The notes beneath the pieces are model-generated. The model had not been told where the DNA came from. It saw only the letters and a program-made list of their open reading frames with translations, and made no database searches. This document shows, one piece after another, positions 29,601-42,296 of a DNA stretch of 53,912 nucleotides (positions are counted from its first letter, which is position 1; each line of letters begins with the position of its first letter). The stretch is from Pseudorhizobium sp. (lineage in GTDB: Bacteria; Pseudomonadota; Alphaproteobacteria; Rhizobiales; Rhizobiaceae), in contig DASYHX010000351.1 in NCBI GenBank assembly GCA_035998065.1, positions 1 to 53,912 of the forward strand, given 5' to 3'. The translations under genes were made by a program, and so were the position numbers.

Positions 29601-29890
29601 CGGGGATTGCAAACGGGATTTTATGGCCCGATCGCTTCGAAGCACAGCGCCGCACCGTCCTGTCTTCGGCAATGGTCGGCTTGCGCGGGCGTCTGCAGCG
29701 AGAAGGTATCGTCACCCATATCATCATCGACAAAATCATCGATTACACGCCCATGCTCCGTTCGATCGGGAGTGGGTCGCTGCCGCATCTGGCTGCACCC
29801 GCTGATGGCGCGACGCGTGGCGGCGGACCGGATGCGCGCGATGGGCCGAAAGCGACAATGGTCAGAATAAAGTCGCGGGACTTTCATTGA
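26672..29890 (+). CDS. dnaE2: Error-prone DNA polymerase DnaE2 (ImuC)
   Basis: Motifs [36 protein letters not shown] and C-terminal SRDFH. ATGA overlap with imuB. Confidence 0.96.
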   Translation: MSASGYVELQVATHFSFLRGVSSCEELFGQAAVLGLSALGIVDRNSVAGLVRAWEASKETGVRLIPGTRVDLACGTSLLLYPTDRLGWTRLCRLLTLGKGRAGKGRCELHWDDLPPWSEGLIAILLPDLPDETNAAALQRLVSIFGQQGYLGLSLRRRPDDALRIYELDAQGREFGVRRVALGDVLYHSVERELLQDVVTAIRHRTTIDAMGFKRERYADRHLKTGSEMERRFSLYPDAITASRDIAGACAFDLGQLQYQYPQEAVAGETPQMLLERLTAAAAARMFPRGVPKAYCDQLAHELTLIDQLSYAPYFLTVNSIVAEARRRKILCQGRGSAANSCVCFVLGITSIDPIKHELLFERFVSGERKEPPDIDVDFEHERREEIIQWIYETYGRTRAALTAVVTRYRARGALRDVGKALGLPADMTGALSGLIWGWSIEGVSDEQARELNLDTSDPRLSMTLSLARELIGAPRHLSQHPGGFVLTSDRLDELVPIEPAAMDDRQVIEWDKDDIDAMKFMKVDILGLGMLGCMRRAFALLEEHRGVAMTMASPTLQHDDPAVYAMIQRADTLGVFQIESRAQMSMLPRIKPVKFYDLVIEVAIVRPGPIQGDMVHPYLRRREGTEKAEYPRPELRAVLEKTLGVPLFQEQAMKVAIVGAGFTPAEADQLRRAMATFKFTGGVSHFYDKLVEGMVGRGYPRDFAERTFKQIEGFGSYGFPESHAASFAKIAYASSWMKCHHPDVFCAALLNAQPMGFYAPAQIVRDARAHGVEIRPPCVNASRWDCTLEQGRGRFLAVRLGLRMARGLSNLHGAMIVSARGEEPFKSVEAVWRRAGVPPVAIERLAEADAFHSLAHDRRQALWQVKGLGDAPLPLFAAADAREGAISPESQEPMVTLEPLSEGREVVEDYRTIQLSLRAHPVQFLREELRRRGVKAAADLDQVKDGRHVEVAGIILVRQKPGSAKGVLFITIEDETGIANGILWPDRFEAQRRTVLSSAMVGLRGRLQREGIVTHIIIDKIIDYTPMLRSIGSGSLPHLAAPADGATRGGGPDARDGPKATMVRIKSRDFH

Positions 29891-29903
29891 CCTTGTCGCT
29901 GCA

Positions 29904-30938
29904 ATGGGCCGAATTGTCGGCTGGAGCATCGGACGGCATCGGGGGACGACATTGAACAGAGAGGAGGCATTCGATCAGGCGATCAAGCTGATCGCGGATC
30001 TTCCCTGTCAGCGTGAGGTGATTGATTTCTGGGACATGCCCGCGGTGCGCACTGACGGCGATCGCGCAAAGTGGCGGGCCGCCGCCGACCGGCTTATAGG
30101 CATCGGCCAGAAGGTCGCACCTGATCTTGCCGAGTATTTTGAGATTTGGGCGAGCGATGCGGCCGTAGGCGCAAAAGACCTTGATCGCGGCCTGGCGCTC
30201 ATGCCGCTTCCGGGTCTTGGAGGCCGTGCAAGCCTGCGCGCGAGCAATATCCTCGATCTCAAGCTCAGCCTGGGCAGGCCACCGGCAGCGCGCGACATCA
30301 CCGCGCTATTCGGTCCGAAGGTGACGAAATTCGGCAGGGAGAACCTGCTGAGGGTCGAACAATTTATCCAGCTCCAGCTGGATGAGCGCGCGGCACATGG
30401 CAACCCTGTCGATATTGTTCACTGGACGCAGGACGCTCACCAGCACAAGGCAGGGTATAGCCTCTTCAACGGTCATCCCAGCTACCTCGTGGTTCAGCCG
30501 CCGGGCGGCTGGCATTTTTCCTATTCAAAGCGGGCGGAGGCCGAATGCGTGGCGTTGATCCGCGACGCCGAGAACACCTGGCGTGAGGAGAGCGATCTTC
30601 CACGCGTCGGCGAAGGGTGGATTTCCGAAACCAGACTTTACTACGAGCTGAAGGCAGCGTTTCCCGCGCTCGATGTGCTTCAGCATCACCGGCCAGATTG
30701 GCTAGGGCGACAGCATCTCGACATCGCCATTCCTTCGCTGCGTACCGCGATCGAGTTCCAGGGCGCTCAGCATGATCTGCCTGTCGCATTTTTTGGCGGA
30801 GAAGACGCCTTCATCCGGACGCAGGAGCGTGATCGCCGCAAGCTGGGCAAATGCAGAAAGCAAGGTTGGCGCCTCTTCTATGCGCGCGAGGGGTATGATC
30901 TCACCGATCTGATCGCCCAGATCGTAGAGCCGCGATGA
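29904..30938 (+). CDS. Hypothetical protein with a C-terminal Vsr/DUF559-like PD-(D/E)XK nuclease domain
   Basis: Motifs SETRLY...QHLDIAIP...AIEFQGAQH...ERDRRK...GWRL. Alternative start TTG 29952. Confidence 0.72.
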   Translation: MGRIVGWSIGRHRGTTLNREEAFDQAIKLIADLPCQREVIDFWDMPAVRTDGDRAKWRAAADRLIGIGQKVAPDLAEYFEIWASDAAVGAKDLDRGLALMPLPGLGGRASLRASNILDLKLSLGRPPAARDITALFGPKVTKFGRENLLRVEQFIQLQLDERAAHGNPVDIVHWTQDAHQHKAGYSLFNGHPSYLVVQPPGGWHFSYSKRAEAECVALIRDAENTWREESDLPRVGEGWISETRLYYELKAAFPALDVLQHHRPDWLGRQHLDIAIPSLRTAIEFQGAQHDLPVAFFGGEDAFIRTQERDRRKLGKCRKQGWRLFYAREGYDLTDLIAQIVEPR

Positions 30939-30974
30939 ACCTGTCCAATTGACAGAAGAACACCAAGATGAAAT

Positions 30975-31117
30975 GAAGGCGTCGGTCATCGCAGTGGCCG
31001 GCCGCCTGCTCAAGCGAAGCCTTCGTGGCACTGTATGAATTTCTGATTCCCATCCCGTTTTCGCGGCATTGGGCGACGGTAGCAGGCGACGTTTTCCGAA
31101 GCCGACGGAGAATGGCG
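30975..31117 (+). ncRNA. Candidate structured leader RNA / cis-regulatory RNA
   Basis: CGCCTGCT (31003-31010) pairs with AGCAGGCG (31081-31088). CGTCGGT (30980-30986) pairs with GCCGACG (31101-31107). Local hairpins are present, and TTGACA lies at 30949. Confidence 0.45.
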
Positions 31118-31891
31118 ATGGCATATAGTTTCCAGAAGATTTCGGATGTTAAGCTGCGCGCGCGCAAGATCGCGCGTGAGCAGGATATCCCTCGCTACCA
31201 GGCGCTGGACACCGCCGCACGCGGCGGTGGATTTCAGAACTTCGCTCATGCACTCAAGGAACTGCCGGAGCTGGCACCCGCATCCCCCTGGTCAAATCGG
31301 ATCGAGATCAGCCAGGGCTGGTGGAGCCGGAAGGAGCGAACCGGTGGGCAGGTAGGGGCATCGATCAGCCTGAAGCACGCGTTGGGCGAGCTGGTGAAGC
31401 CCCACCAGCTGATCGAAACACTGGGCGGCTGCCGCATCGATGGAGAGGCACGGCTCATCAGCGATGGCAGCATGCGGGACCGCGAGGCGAGTATGATGGA
31501 TGTAGCGAAGGTCGCCCGCGCACTTCAATTCATGGATGCGACGGGCCTCAAACCATCGCGATCGCGGCGCTGCTATCCCAAGGGCGACTGGGACAATCGG
31601 CCGCCCATTGCGGATCATGACAGTTGTTGGTTCGATCCGGAGGCGCGGGCCTATGTGCTGGTAACCCAGCCATATCCTGGACGCGCTGCGATGCGTAGCG
31701 AGGTTCAGGCTGCCTGGGAGGCCCGGCATGGTTGGCGTACATTCCGCAGCGACTGGGGCAGCATGTACGGCTTTGGTACGGAGCTCTATCTCCTCTGTCC
31801 GCCAGCCTACGCGGACCTCCTTGGGCGGAAACTTGCCGATCTTGGTGCTGGTCCCGATGCGATTACCAACGAAGACGTCTCCGATGTCTGA
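31118..31891 (+). CDS. DUF5623-like protein
   Basis: N-terminal K.RARKI.RE..IP...ALD.AAR.GGFQNFAHA; also LQFMDATGLKPS, DH...WFDP and QPY. GGAG RBS at 31107. Confidence 0.75.
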   Translation: MAYSFQKISDVKLRARKIAREQDIPRYQALDTAARGGGFQNFAHALKELPELAPASPWSNRIEISQGWWSRKERTGGQVGASISLKHALGELVKPHQLIETLGGCRIDGEARLISDGSMRDREASMMDVAKVARALQFMDATGLKPSRSRRCYPKGDWDNRPPIADHDSCWFDPEARAYVLVTQPYPGRAAMRSEVQAAWEARHGWRTFRSDWGSMYGFGTELYLLCPPAYADLLGRKLADLGAGPDAITNEDVSDV

Positions 31892-32039
31892 GCAGAGCTC
31901 CTGCGAGAGACCACTTCTGTCACTTTACCCGAGGCGGTAAAGTGACAGAGGCGACTCTTTGCGACCGAGCCGGCGATGGGGAGCAGCTGAATGGCCGTAG
32001 GCCTCTCGCCAATTGAACAACAATCAGGAGTAATTGATC

Positions 32040-32357
32040 ATGCGTGAGACCCGCCCGCCGCTGGTTGGCAAGCTCGCCCTTGCCGCGCGCAGCCTCGTCG
32101 AAGTGCCTCGCGCGCACGCTGCGCTCGCTGTCGCCGTCGATGAGGACGACCTTGCCGCGTTTGAAGACGGGATCAGAGAGCTCGAGCCGGACGCGAGACT
32201 GCGCCTGCTGCATTATCTCGAAGAGTGCGGCGCGGTTTTCCTTCCGGAAGGGGAGGAAGGCGGTATCGGGGTTCGGCTGCGGTTCAATGCGCGTGATGTC
32301 CGCGCTCTCAATCGCCTCGAAGGCGAGGGTGGGCCGGTCGGCAAGGACGATGTGTAA
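32040..32357 (+). CDS. XRE/Cro-like HTH transcriptional regulator
   Basis: AARSL...AFE.G...LEECGAVFL...G.GVRL pattern; AGGAG RBS. Confidence 0.75.
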   Translation: MRETRPPLVGKLALAARSLVEVPRAHAALAVAVDEDDLAAFEDGIRELEPDARLRLLHYLEECGAVFLPEGEEGGIGVRLRFNARDVRALNRLEGEGGPVGKDDV

Positions 32358-32450
32358 ACAAATGAGGATTGCGCGAGCGCTGCGGTGAAGTGCCACGAGT
32401 GTTCAAAACGGCGTTGGCTCTCTGAGAGGGATTCACATTGGGTGTGGGAT

Positions 32451-32465
32451 GTGCTTGAAATGTTC
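32451..32465 (+). promoter_or_regulatory. Degenerate LexA box
   Basis: GTGC-TTGAAAT-GTTC (1 mismatch), 2 bp before ATG 32468. Confidence 0.5.
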
Positions 32466-32467
32466 CC

Positions 32468-33019
32468 ATGTTCCAGCCCGATCTTTTCGCCATGGAAGCC
32501 TCGATAACGCCGGTCATTTCTGCTGATCGCGAGGTACTGGACATGCCTGCCATTCTCGAGCGGCTGACCGAGGTTTGCCAACGGCCACGATACAGTTTCA
32601 TGGTGCTCAACCTTATTGCACAAGCCAGCGACCGGAACGGGTCGGCTGGGCCCTATATTCGGGAGGGAGATCGTCGCATTCCGGTCCGCGACTGGCTATG
32701 TGATGCCCTGACGCCGGTGGCGCAGCGTGACCCTCGTCGCCTCGCAATCGCGGATCGGGTCCGGCGCGAGCTGGCGGAGCGCAATGCGATGCCCGCTGAT
32801 GCCCGTGAAGCCGAAAGCCTCATCGAAGCACAGGTCGCGAAACGGATCCGTCTCTCGGGGCGCACGAATGTCAGCCGTGCCGTCTCCGAGCTCGTGCGGG
32901 CCGGCTTGGTTCGGCGACACTATCAGGGCTACCGGGTCGACCATCCCAACCGCGGTGCCCAGCGACAGGCGGTCTACATCGTCAATGAGGCAGCGCGCCG
33001 GGTGCTCCGCCGAGCCTGA
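32468..33019 (+). CDS. Hypothetical protein with a C-terminal winged HTH
   Basis: 183 aa; wHTH-like SGRTNVSRAVSELVRAGLVRRH...AVY; begins with QPDLF. Confidence 0.75.
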   Translation: MFQPDLFAMEASITPVISADREVLDMPAILERLTEVCQRPRYSFMVLNLIAQASDRNGSAGPYIREGDRRIPVRDWLCDALTPVAQRDPRRLAIADRVRRELAERNAMPADAREAESLIEAQVAKRIRLSGRTNVSRAVSELVRAGLVRRHYQGYRVDHPNRGAQRQAVYIVNEAARRVLRRA

Positions 33020-33051
33020 CACGCAGCGGAACTAAAATCCGAAGCACGCCA

Positions 33052-33080
33052 TTTACGCAGCATCACAAAGAGACTACCTT
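33052..33080 (+). promoter_or_regulatory. Putative sigma70 promoter giving a leaderless transcript
   Basis: TTTACG-17 bp-TACCTT, ending 6 nt before ATG 33087; no RBS. Confidence 0.45.
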
Positions 33081-33086
33081 TCGGTT

Positions 33087-33275
33087 ATGGCGAGCATTCT
33101 GACCCTTGGACAACAGCGTAAAGCCGGCACTGCCGCGCGCAAGGTCGGTGGGTATGGCGAGCTTATTCGGCTCGAGACCGAGCGTCGGAAGGCCAAGGGC
33201 CAGGGCAAGATTGTGCTCGAAGCCGCGACCGGACGCTACATCTTCCAGCCAAAGAAGACCGCTCCCGCTTCATAA
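33087..33275 (+). CDS. Small basic hypothetical protein (62 aa)
   Basis: Lys/Arg-rich; stop lies 3 nt before the next ATG. Confidence 0.7.
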   Translation: MASILTLGQQRKAGTAARKVGGYGELIRLETERRKAKGQGKIVLEAATGRYIFQPKKTAPAS

Positions 33276-33278
33276 TCG

Positions 33279-34139
33279 ATGGCGCTGACGCTCGGCCTTC
33301 TGGCGAGCGTGCTCGTCCTTTTGCCCGGCCTCGCCGTCCTGGCCGCGTTCAATTTTCGGACCAGGCGCGGAGGCGCCAGGCGCCCCGAACTCGCCCTAAC
33401 GACTATCAGCGCGCTGGTCATGGCCGCAGCCGTCTCGATTGTCGTCCATCTGGTGGCATGGGCCGCAATCGAAGGCGCGCTCGCCTTCGTGACGGCACTT
33501 CATGATGCCTATCCGGTCCTTGATCTTGGCCCGAAAATCGAGAATCCGCTGACCAGCTTCTTTGCCGCTGTGGCAGGAAACAAACCGATGGCGTTCAGCG
33601 GCGCGGTCGCGCTTGGCATGGTCCTCATTACCGAAATGGTCGCGCTCGTGAATTTCGTGCTCGGCGAAACCTTTGAACTGGCCTTCGACGAATATGACCT
33701 GAACGGCCAAGGCTGGGTCTTCGAGCACATCACGCGCCCGGCCGAGAATGGGTACACGCCCGTGGGACATGTCTTTACCGCTACGATGAGCGGGAAGTAC
33801 GGCATCGCGTACAAAGGGCCAATCATCGACATCCGTCAAGGCGACAAGGGCGAAATCCTCTCGATCGCTCTCGCGCGGCCTGAGCGGTTTCTCTACGAAC
33901 TGGGGACGTTCGACGACGACCCACCCAAAAAGAGCTGGATCGAGCGCCTTCTGCCCGGGGACGCGGAGGAGGCGGAGCCTCATAGCGGCGTTCGGCATCA
34001 TGAAAAGGATTATGCCGGCGGCGTGGTCGCGCTGGATGCGCGTGTGATCAATAATATCGTCGTGCGCAGCATCGCGGATGAACTGCTCGAGCAGATCGAC
34101 GAGGAAGTGCCGGACGAACCGGAGGTGCCGGTCGCGTGA
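33279..34139 (+). CDS. Hypothetical membrane protein (N-terminal TMs, beta-rich soluble domain)
   Basis: 286 aa, about 3 TM (LVLLPG...), acidic tail. Confidence 0.82.
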   Translation: MALTLGLLASVLVLLPGLAVLAAFNFRTRRGGARRPELALTTISALVMAAAVSIVVHLVAWAAIEGALAFVTALHDAYPVLDLGPKIENPLTSFFAAVAGNKPMAFSGAVALGMVLITEMVALVNFVLGETFELAFDEYDLNGQGWVFEHITRPAENGYTPVGHVFTATMSGKYGIAYKGPIIDIRQGDKGEILSIALARPERFLYELGTFDDDPPKKSWIERLLPGDAEEAEPHSGVRHHEKDYAGGVVALDARVINNIVVRSIADELLEQIDEEVPDEPEVPVA

Positions 34140-34609
34140 ATGCCGGATCGTCAAACTTGCTACAAGACGCAGGAGGTCTTTACGGGCTCTTGCTGACCTT
34201 GGTCTTCCTCGCATTCATATGGGTGGCGCTGCTTAGCCTCACCCGTGACCTGTGGCGGATCGTCTTTCTGTATGAGACTCGCAGGGCGCCGACGCTTGGC
34301 ATTGGCAGCGCCATCGCGATTGGTGTGTACATCCTGGCTGGCCTCACCTTAGGCGCTAAGCATTATGCGGCCATGATGTTCGCCGTGGTGGCGCTCGGTC
34401 CCTGGCTGCTGGTCAAGTCGGTCAGTGTCTATGCCTGGTTTCGGGATGGCCCGGAGGTGCGTCAAGCGGCTCTGGAAATTCGATCCATCGAGGCGGCCCG
34501 GATGCGGGAGACGCTCCCCAGGGCCGATCAGAAATTGCCGTGGCGCGGATATCTGTTCGACGTAGAGCGCGCGATAAGGCGTGGTCGCTACGAACCGCCC
34601 CCGATCTGA
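34136..34609 (+). CDS. Hypothetical 3-TM membrane protein
   Basis: GTGA overlap with the upstream gene; GGAGG RBS. Confidence 0.75.
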   Translation: MNAGSSNLLQDAGGLYGLLLTLVFLAFIWVALLSLTRDLWRIVFLYETRRAPTLGIGSAIAIGVYILAGLTLGAKHYAAMMFAVVALGPWLLVKSVSVYAWFRDGPEVRQAALEIRSIEAARMRETLPRADQKLPWRGYLFDVERAIRRGRYEPPPI

Positions 34610-35124
34610 TGGTTCGCCTTGCAGATCACTTGGCGCGAGAACAGTGCGTCTATCCCTCGCCGTTAATCGGGTGCCCGGTGGTTCTAGTCCTCGATCTGCC
34701 TGAAAAGAACCGCGGCGCCGGTCTGGCGCTCGGTCGCTACTATCCGATCATCATCGAGAACGAGGATGAACGTGCAGAACTGAATGCTTTTTTTGATGCG
34801 GAGCGTCCGGCCATGGTGGCCCCGGATCTCCTCGACCATCAGCCGACGGCGTTTCATTCGGACAGTTTGATCGTAACGCGCTATACCCCCTCCCGACCCG
34901 GATGGCCCTGGATCAGCCTCTTCTACTGGCCCAAGGACTATCGAGCAGCAGCAGTCGGGCAGGGCCTTTCTATGGCTCGCGGTTGCTTTACCACGGATCT
35001 GTTCGACACGAGCGAAGCCCGCGACGAGCATGATTTGCTCCTCATCCAATCCCTGCGGGAACGCCACACCCTGCAAATCCAGTTGATCTCGTCCGAGATT
35101 GAGGCGGGAACCGGCCGCGCCTGA
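34609..35124 (+). CDS. Hypothetical soluble protein (171 aa)
   Basis: TGATG overlap; begins MVRLADHLARE. Confidence 0.72.
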   Translation: MVRLADHLAREQCVYPSPLIGCPVVLVLDLPEKNRGAGLALGRYYPIIIENEDERAELNAFFDAERPAMVAPDLLDHQPTAFHSDSLIVTRYTPSRPGWPWISLFYWPKDYRAAAVGQGLSMARGCFTTDLFDTSEARDEHDLLLIQSLRERHTLQIQLISSEIEAGTGRA

Positions 35125-35220
35125 GCAGGCCGGCCCGAAAGCCCTGACAATCACGATCCCAAGATAGCGTCTGCTTCGGCAGCGTGCCTTGGCGCGCGCC
35201 GATTGCATCTCGGTCGCGTC

Positions 35221-35253
35221 TTGACGACTAACATATCAACACATATTCATATA
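35221..35253 (+). promoter_or_regulatory. Promoter with an ArsR/SmtB-type operator (copy 1)
   Basis: TTGACG followed by ATATCAA-N6-TTCATAT; 25/31 identical to 51964-51994. Confidence 0.6.
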
Positions 35254-35499
35254 ACATACATGAGTATGAAGAGGTGGGCCGTATTCCGCGACGTTGAGGA
35301 TCGAAATGGGTGCAAAAAAGCGCGGTTTTCCGCGCGTTCTGCGAGCCAGCTTCGTCACGACGCAGAGGCGGAAAAATCGAGTGGTCACCGCGAATCCGCG
35401 CTTGACCTTCCAATGCTTGGAACCCGCATCCCCGGGAAAACAGGTGGGAAGCCATTGTCCGGGGGCCCGGCAGAAGTGGCTGAATTAAGGAAAGAAATT

Positions 35500-36689
35500 A
35501 TGCGAAAATCAGTCGCGACTCTGCTGTCATCGGGGGCGCTTGGAATGGCACTGCTTCTTGCAGCTTGCGGGGGGCCCTCGGGAGGCCAGCAAGGGCAGGG
35601 CGGCCCGCCGACGCCTCAGGTGCCCGTCGCACAGGTCATCGTCCGGGAACTGGCACCGTCCAGCGAATTCAACGGTTCGCTGACTGCACCAAAATCGGTG
35701 GAACTACGCCCTCGGGTGAGCGGACAGATCATCGGGGTCGATGTGCCTGAAGGTGGCATGGTCCGTCAGGGTCAGACCCTTTTCCGGATCGATCCTCGTC
35801 CCTTCCAGGTCGCTGTCGATCAGGCCGCAGGCAATCTTGCGCAGGCGGAAGCCCAAGCGGCACAGGCTCAGGCCGACTTTGCGCGCGCCGAGCGTCTGAT
35901 CGCGACCGGGGCTATCTCCCGCAAGGAGTATGACGCCGCCGTTGCCCAGCGCCGTGCCGGGCTCGCGTCGACGCAGGCGGCAAGGGCTGCAGTTGCCGCA
36001 GCGCGCCTCGATCTGTCTTTCACACGGGTGACAGCGCCAATCAGCGGCCGGGTCGATCGCATTCTTGTGACGGAAGGGAACGTGGTTGCCGGCGGCGCGC
36101 AGGCGACCCCGCTGACGACCATCAAGTCCGTCAATCCGCTCTACGCTGAGTTCGACATCGACGAAGCCACCTATCTGAGCTTCGTGGAAAAGGCGCGGCG
36201 CGCGGGCACCGCGACCAAGCTGCCGGTCGAGTTCGGCCTCATGACCGACGAAGGGTTCCCGCGCACTGCGACGCTGGACTTCCTGGGTAATGGGATCGAT
36301 CGCAGCGCGGGCACCATTCGCGCTCGCGCGCTTGTTCAGAACGCTGACGGTGCCCTTGCACCTGGCCTGTTCGCCAGGATCCGGCTTGTAACCGGCGAGC
36401 GCCAGCAGTCGATCCTCATCGACGACCAGGCTGTCGGTAACGATCAGGGCAAGAGCTTCGTTCTCATTCTCGCCAAGGGCAACAAGGTCGACTTCCGCCC
36501 GGTCGAGCTCGGTCCGATTGTCGATGGGCTGCGCGTGATCAAGTCGGGCCTGCAGCCCTCGGACACTGTCATCATCAAGGGTCTCGTGCGTCCCGGCATG
36601 CAGGTCGTGCCGCGCAAGGGGCCGATGCAGCAGAGCCAGGGCAACGGTAATCCGCAGGCCGCCGCCAAACCTGCCGCGGAGGCACGCTG

Positions 36690-36690
<1 letters not shown>
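35500..36690 (+). CDS. RND periplasmic adaptor, MexE/GesA-like
   Basis: Lipobox LAAC; motifs VELRPRVSG and DLSFTRVTAPISG. Start ATG 35500 after AAGGA. Confidence 0.92.
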
Positions 36691-39862
<3,172 letters not shown>

Positions 39863-39866
<4 letters not shown>

Positions 39867-41320
39867 TCGCGCACTACAAGCAACGCGGCGCAAGGGTTGC
39901 CGCACTCCTCGCCTCGGTTGCGCTCGCTGGGTGCGCAACCATGGCCCCAAAATATGAGCGGCCGGTCGCGCCGGTGAGCGAAAGCTTCCCTGTCGGCGCA
40001 GCCTATGGCGATGGCGCAACAGCAAGCAAAGGGACGGCCGCCGACATCGGGTGGAAGGAGTTCTTCGCAGATCCGCTGCTGCATCAGCTGATCGACCAGT
40101 CGCTCACCAACAATCGCGACCTTCGGGTCGCAGCGTTGAACGTCGAAGCGGCGCGCGCACGCTATCGTGTGCAGCGGTCCGAACTTCTGCCCAACCTCAG
40201 CGTGGGGGCAGAGGGAACGGCGCAAAAACTCCCGTCGGATCTATTCTACAACCGGCGGCAATATCAGGTCGGTGCTGCCGTTTCGGCTTGGGAGCTTGAT
40301 CTGTGGGGGCGTATCCGCAGTCTGAGCGATCAGGCGAGAGAAGCCTATTTCGCCGTCGAGGAAAACCGGACCGCTGCCCAACTCAGCCTCGTTGCAGAAG
40401 TGGCGAACGCCTATCTGACGCTGCGCGCTGACCAGGCCATGCTGCGCCTTTCGCAGGATACTCTGGCGGCCCAGAAGAAGTCCTACGACCTGACGAACCA
40501 ACTCGTCGAGGTGGGCAACATTGCCAAGCTCGATTTGCGAAGGACGGAGGTCGCACTTCGCACTGCCGAGGCGGATGTTGCGACTTATACGCGCCTTGCT
40601 GCCCAGGATCGCAATGCGCTGGCGCTGCTGCTCGGCGCACCGCTTTCCGCGGACCTTGCAGCGCAACTCGACGCTGCCACGACGCTTCCCGACGGGATCG
40701 TCCCGTCGGACGTGCCGGCTGGATTGCCCTCAGATTTGCTCACGAGAAGGCCCGACATCAGGGCTGCCGAGCACGGTCTAAAGGGCGCCAACGCCTCGAT
40801 CGGCGCGGCGCGGGCTGCCTTCTTCCCGACCATCACGCTGACCGGATCGGGCGGGACAGCCAGCTCAAGCCTCGACGATCTTTTCTCGAGTGGATCGGGG
40901 GCCTGGAGCTTCATGCCCCGCATCAATTTGCCGATCTTCAACGGCGGTGCACTGCGCGCCAATCTTGAACAGGCGAAGGTCCAGAAAAGCATCGAGATCG
41001 CGACCTACGAAAAATCGATCCAGACCGCGTTCCGGGAAGTTGCCGATGGACTCGCGGGACAGCAGACGTTCGACGATCAGATCAAGGCTGAACAGTCGCG
41101 AGAGGCGGCCAGCGGCGCAGCCTTCAAGCTCTCGGAGCAACGCTTCAGGGAAGGAGAGGACAACAATCTGGCACTGCTGGACGCGCAGCGAGCCCATTAC
41201 GGGTCGCAGCAGGCGCTCGTCAGGGCGCGGCTCGCTCGCCTCTCAAACCTGATCAACCTCTACAAGGCCCTCGGAGGTGGCTGGACTGCGGTCCGGCCCG
41301 ACCAACCGACCCAGCGATAA
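39863..41320 (+). CDS. OprM/NodT-family outer membrane lipoprotein
   Basis: Lipobox LAGC; motifs WELDLWGR, RRPDIRAAE and LYKALGGGW. Confidence 0.94.
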
Positions 41321-41331
41321 GCGAGGCATCC

Positions 41332-41946
41332 ATGCAGACTTATGAGCCAATGTTGAAGCGCGCGCGCGGTCTTGCGATCGCAGGAACCCTCGCCTTGCTG
41401 GCGGCTGCGCCTGTAATAGCGTTTCGCTTCACGCGAGCCCGCCGACGCCGTGTCGCCGGGAAGAGCGAAGCGACGCGCGCGCCGAGCTCTGCTGCGCACG
41501 TCCATCGGAATTTTTACGATCGGGGCCAGCAAAGCGAGAGGCGTGCCGGAAAGTGGCGTCTTATCAAGACCGGGCAAGATCTTGTCGCGCTGGAGATTGT
41601 GGAAACGAACGGGGCCTCCCGGTTTCGGGTCTGGTCCGAGCAGGGCGAGCCCTGGCCTGCGTGCGATGTGCTTGTCGTGACTGAAAGATGGGATGGGGCA
41701 AACGAGACATATAGCTTCACCCAGCAGGAGGGGTTTCTCGAGTCAGATCAGACTGTGGCGCATCCCCACTCTTTCTTTGCGCGCCTGACTTTAACCCACG
41801 GCCAGCGTTCGCACGTTTACGAACTGGCGTTCATCGAAGATGAAGCCGTCAACGATGGGTGGTCGCGTCATGGCGCGGCACGCCGTTCGATCGCGGGACC
41901 TGGAGAACCGTGCCGGCTGCTGCGGATCCCGGGCAGGACGTCATGA
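41332..41946 (+). CDS. Hypothetical protein, 1 TM plus a domain resembling the RcnA-type internal insert
   Basis: GAGG RBS; pattern LEI...RFR...V.TER.DG...GFLES...PH.F.ARL.L.H...H.Y. The resemblance is recalled, not verified. Confidence 0.6.
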   Translation: MQTYEPMLKRARGLAIAGTLALLAAAPVIAFRFTRARRRRVAGKSEATRAPSSAAHVHRNFYDRGQQSERRAGKWRLIKTGQDLVALEIVETNGASRFRVWSEQGEPWPACDVLVVTERWDGANETYSFTQQEGFLESDQTVAHPHSFFARLTLTHGQRSHVYELAFIEDEAVNDGWSRHGAARRSIAGPGEPCRLLRIPGRTS

Positions 41947-42296
41947 ACGACAAGCTCAGCGCGCTTGAATGGTCTGTCGTTGCCCTGGCTCGGGGTGATC
42001 GCCTTTCATCCCTTCAAGCACCAGGCAAGTTCAGCGCCTTCGTGAGGCGGTTCTTCGAGGGTGATCGCCCCAGTCCAGCCTTTGCGGACAAGCGGCTCGA
42101 AGCGTTGCGCAGGGTGTCGGTGCTGGCGTGGCACCGGGGGTTCGCCATCCCGGAAGCTGAATTCGACCGCTTTTTGAACGTGGGCTTTTCCGAACAGCAG
42201 TTTGAAGCAGTGATCAGCAGGATACAGCTATCCAAGGCCCAAGCTTCATGCTGTAGCAATGGAGCGCAGCCCGGCCATGTCCATGCACTTGCCTGA
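41943..42296 (+). CDS. Small hypothetical protein, paralog A
   Basis: ATGA overlap; motifs LSALEWSVV, RLEALRR and RFL..GF. Confidence 0.75.
   Translation: MNDKLSALEWSVVALARGDRLSSLQAPGKFSAFVRRFFEGDRPSPAFADKRLEALRRVSVLAWHRGFAIPEAEFDRFLNVGFSEQQFEAVISRIQLSKAQASCCSNGAQPGHVHALA

Noticed and set aside
30958-30973. GAAC-ACCAAGAT-GAAA as a LexA box
   Set aside because: The spacer is 8 rather than 7 nt, and one half-site is mismatched.
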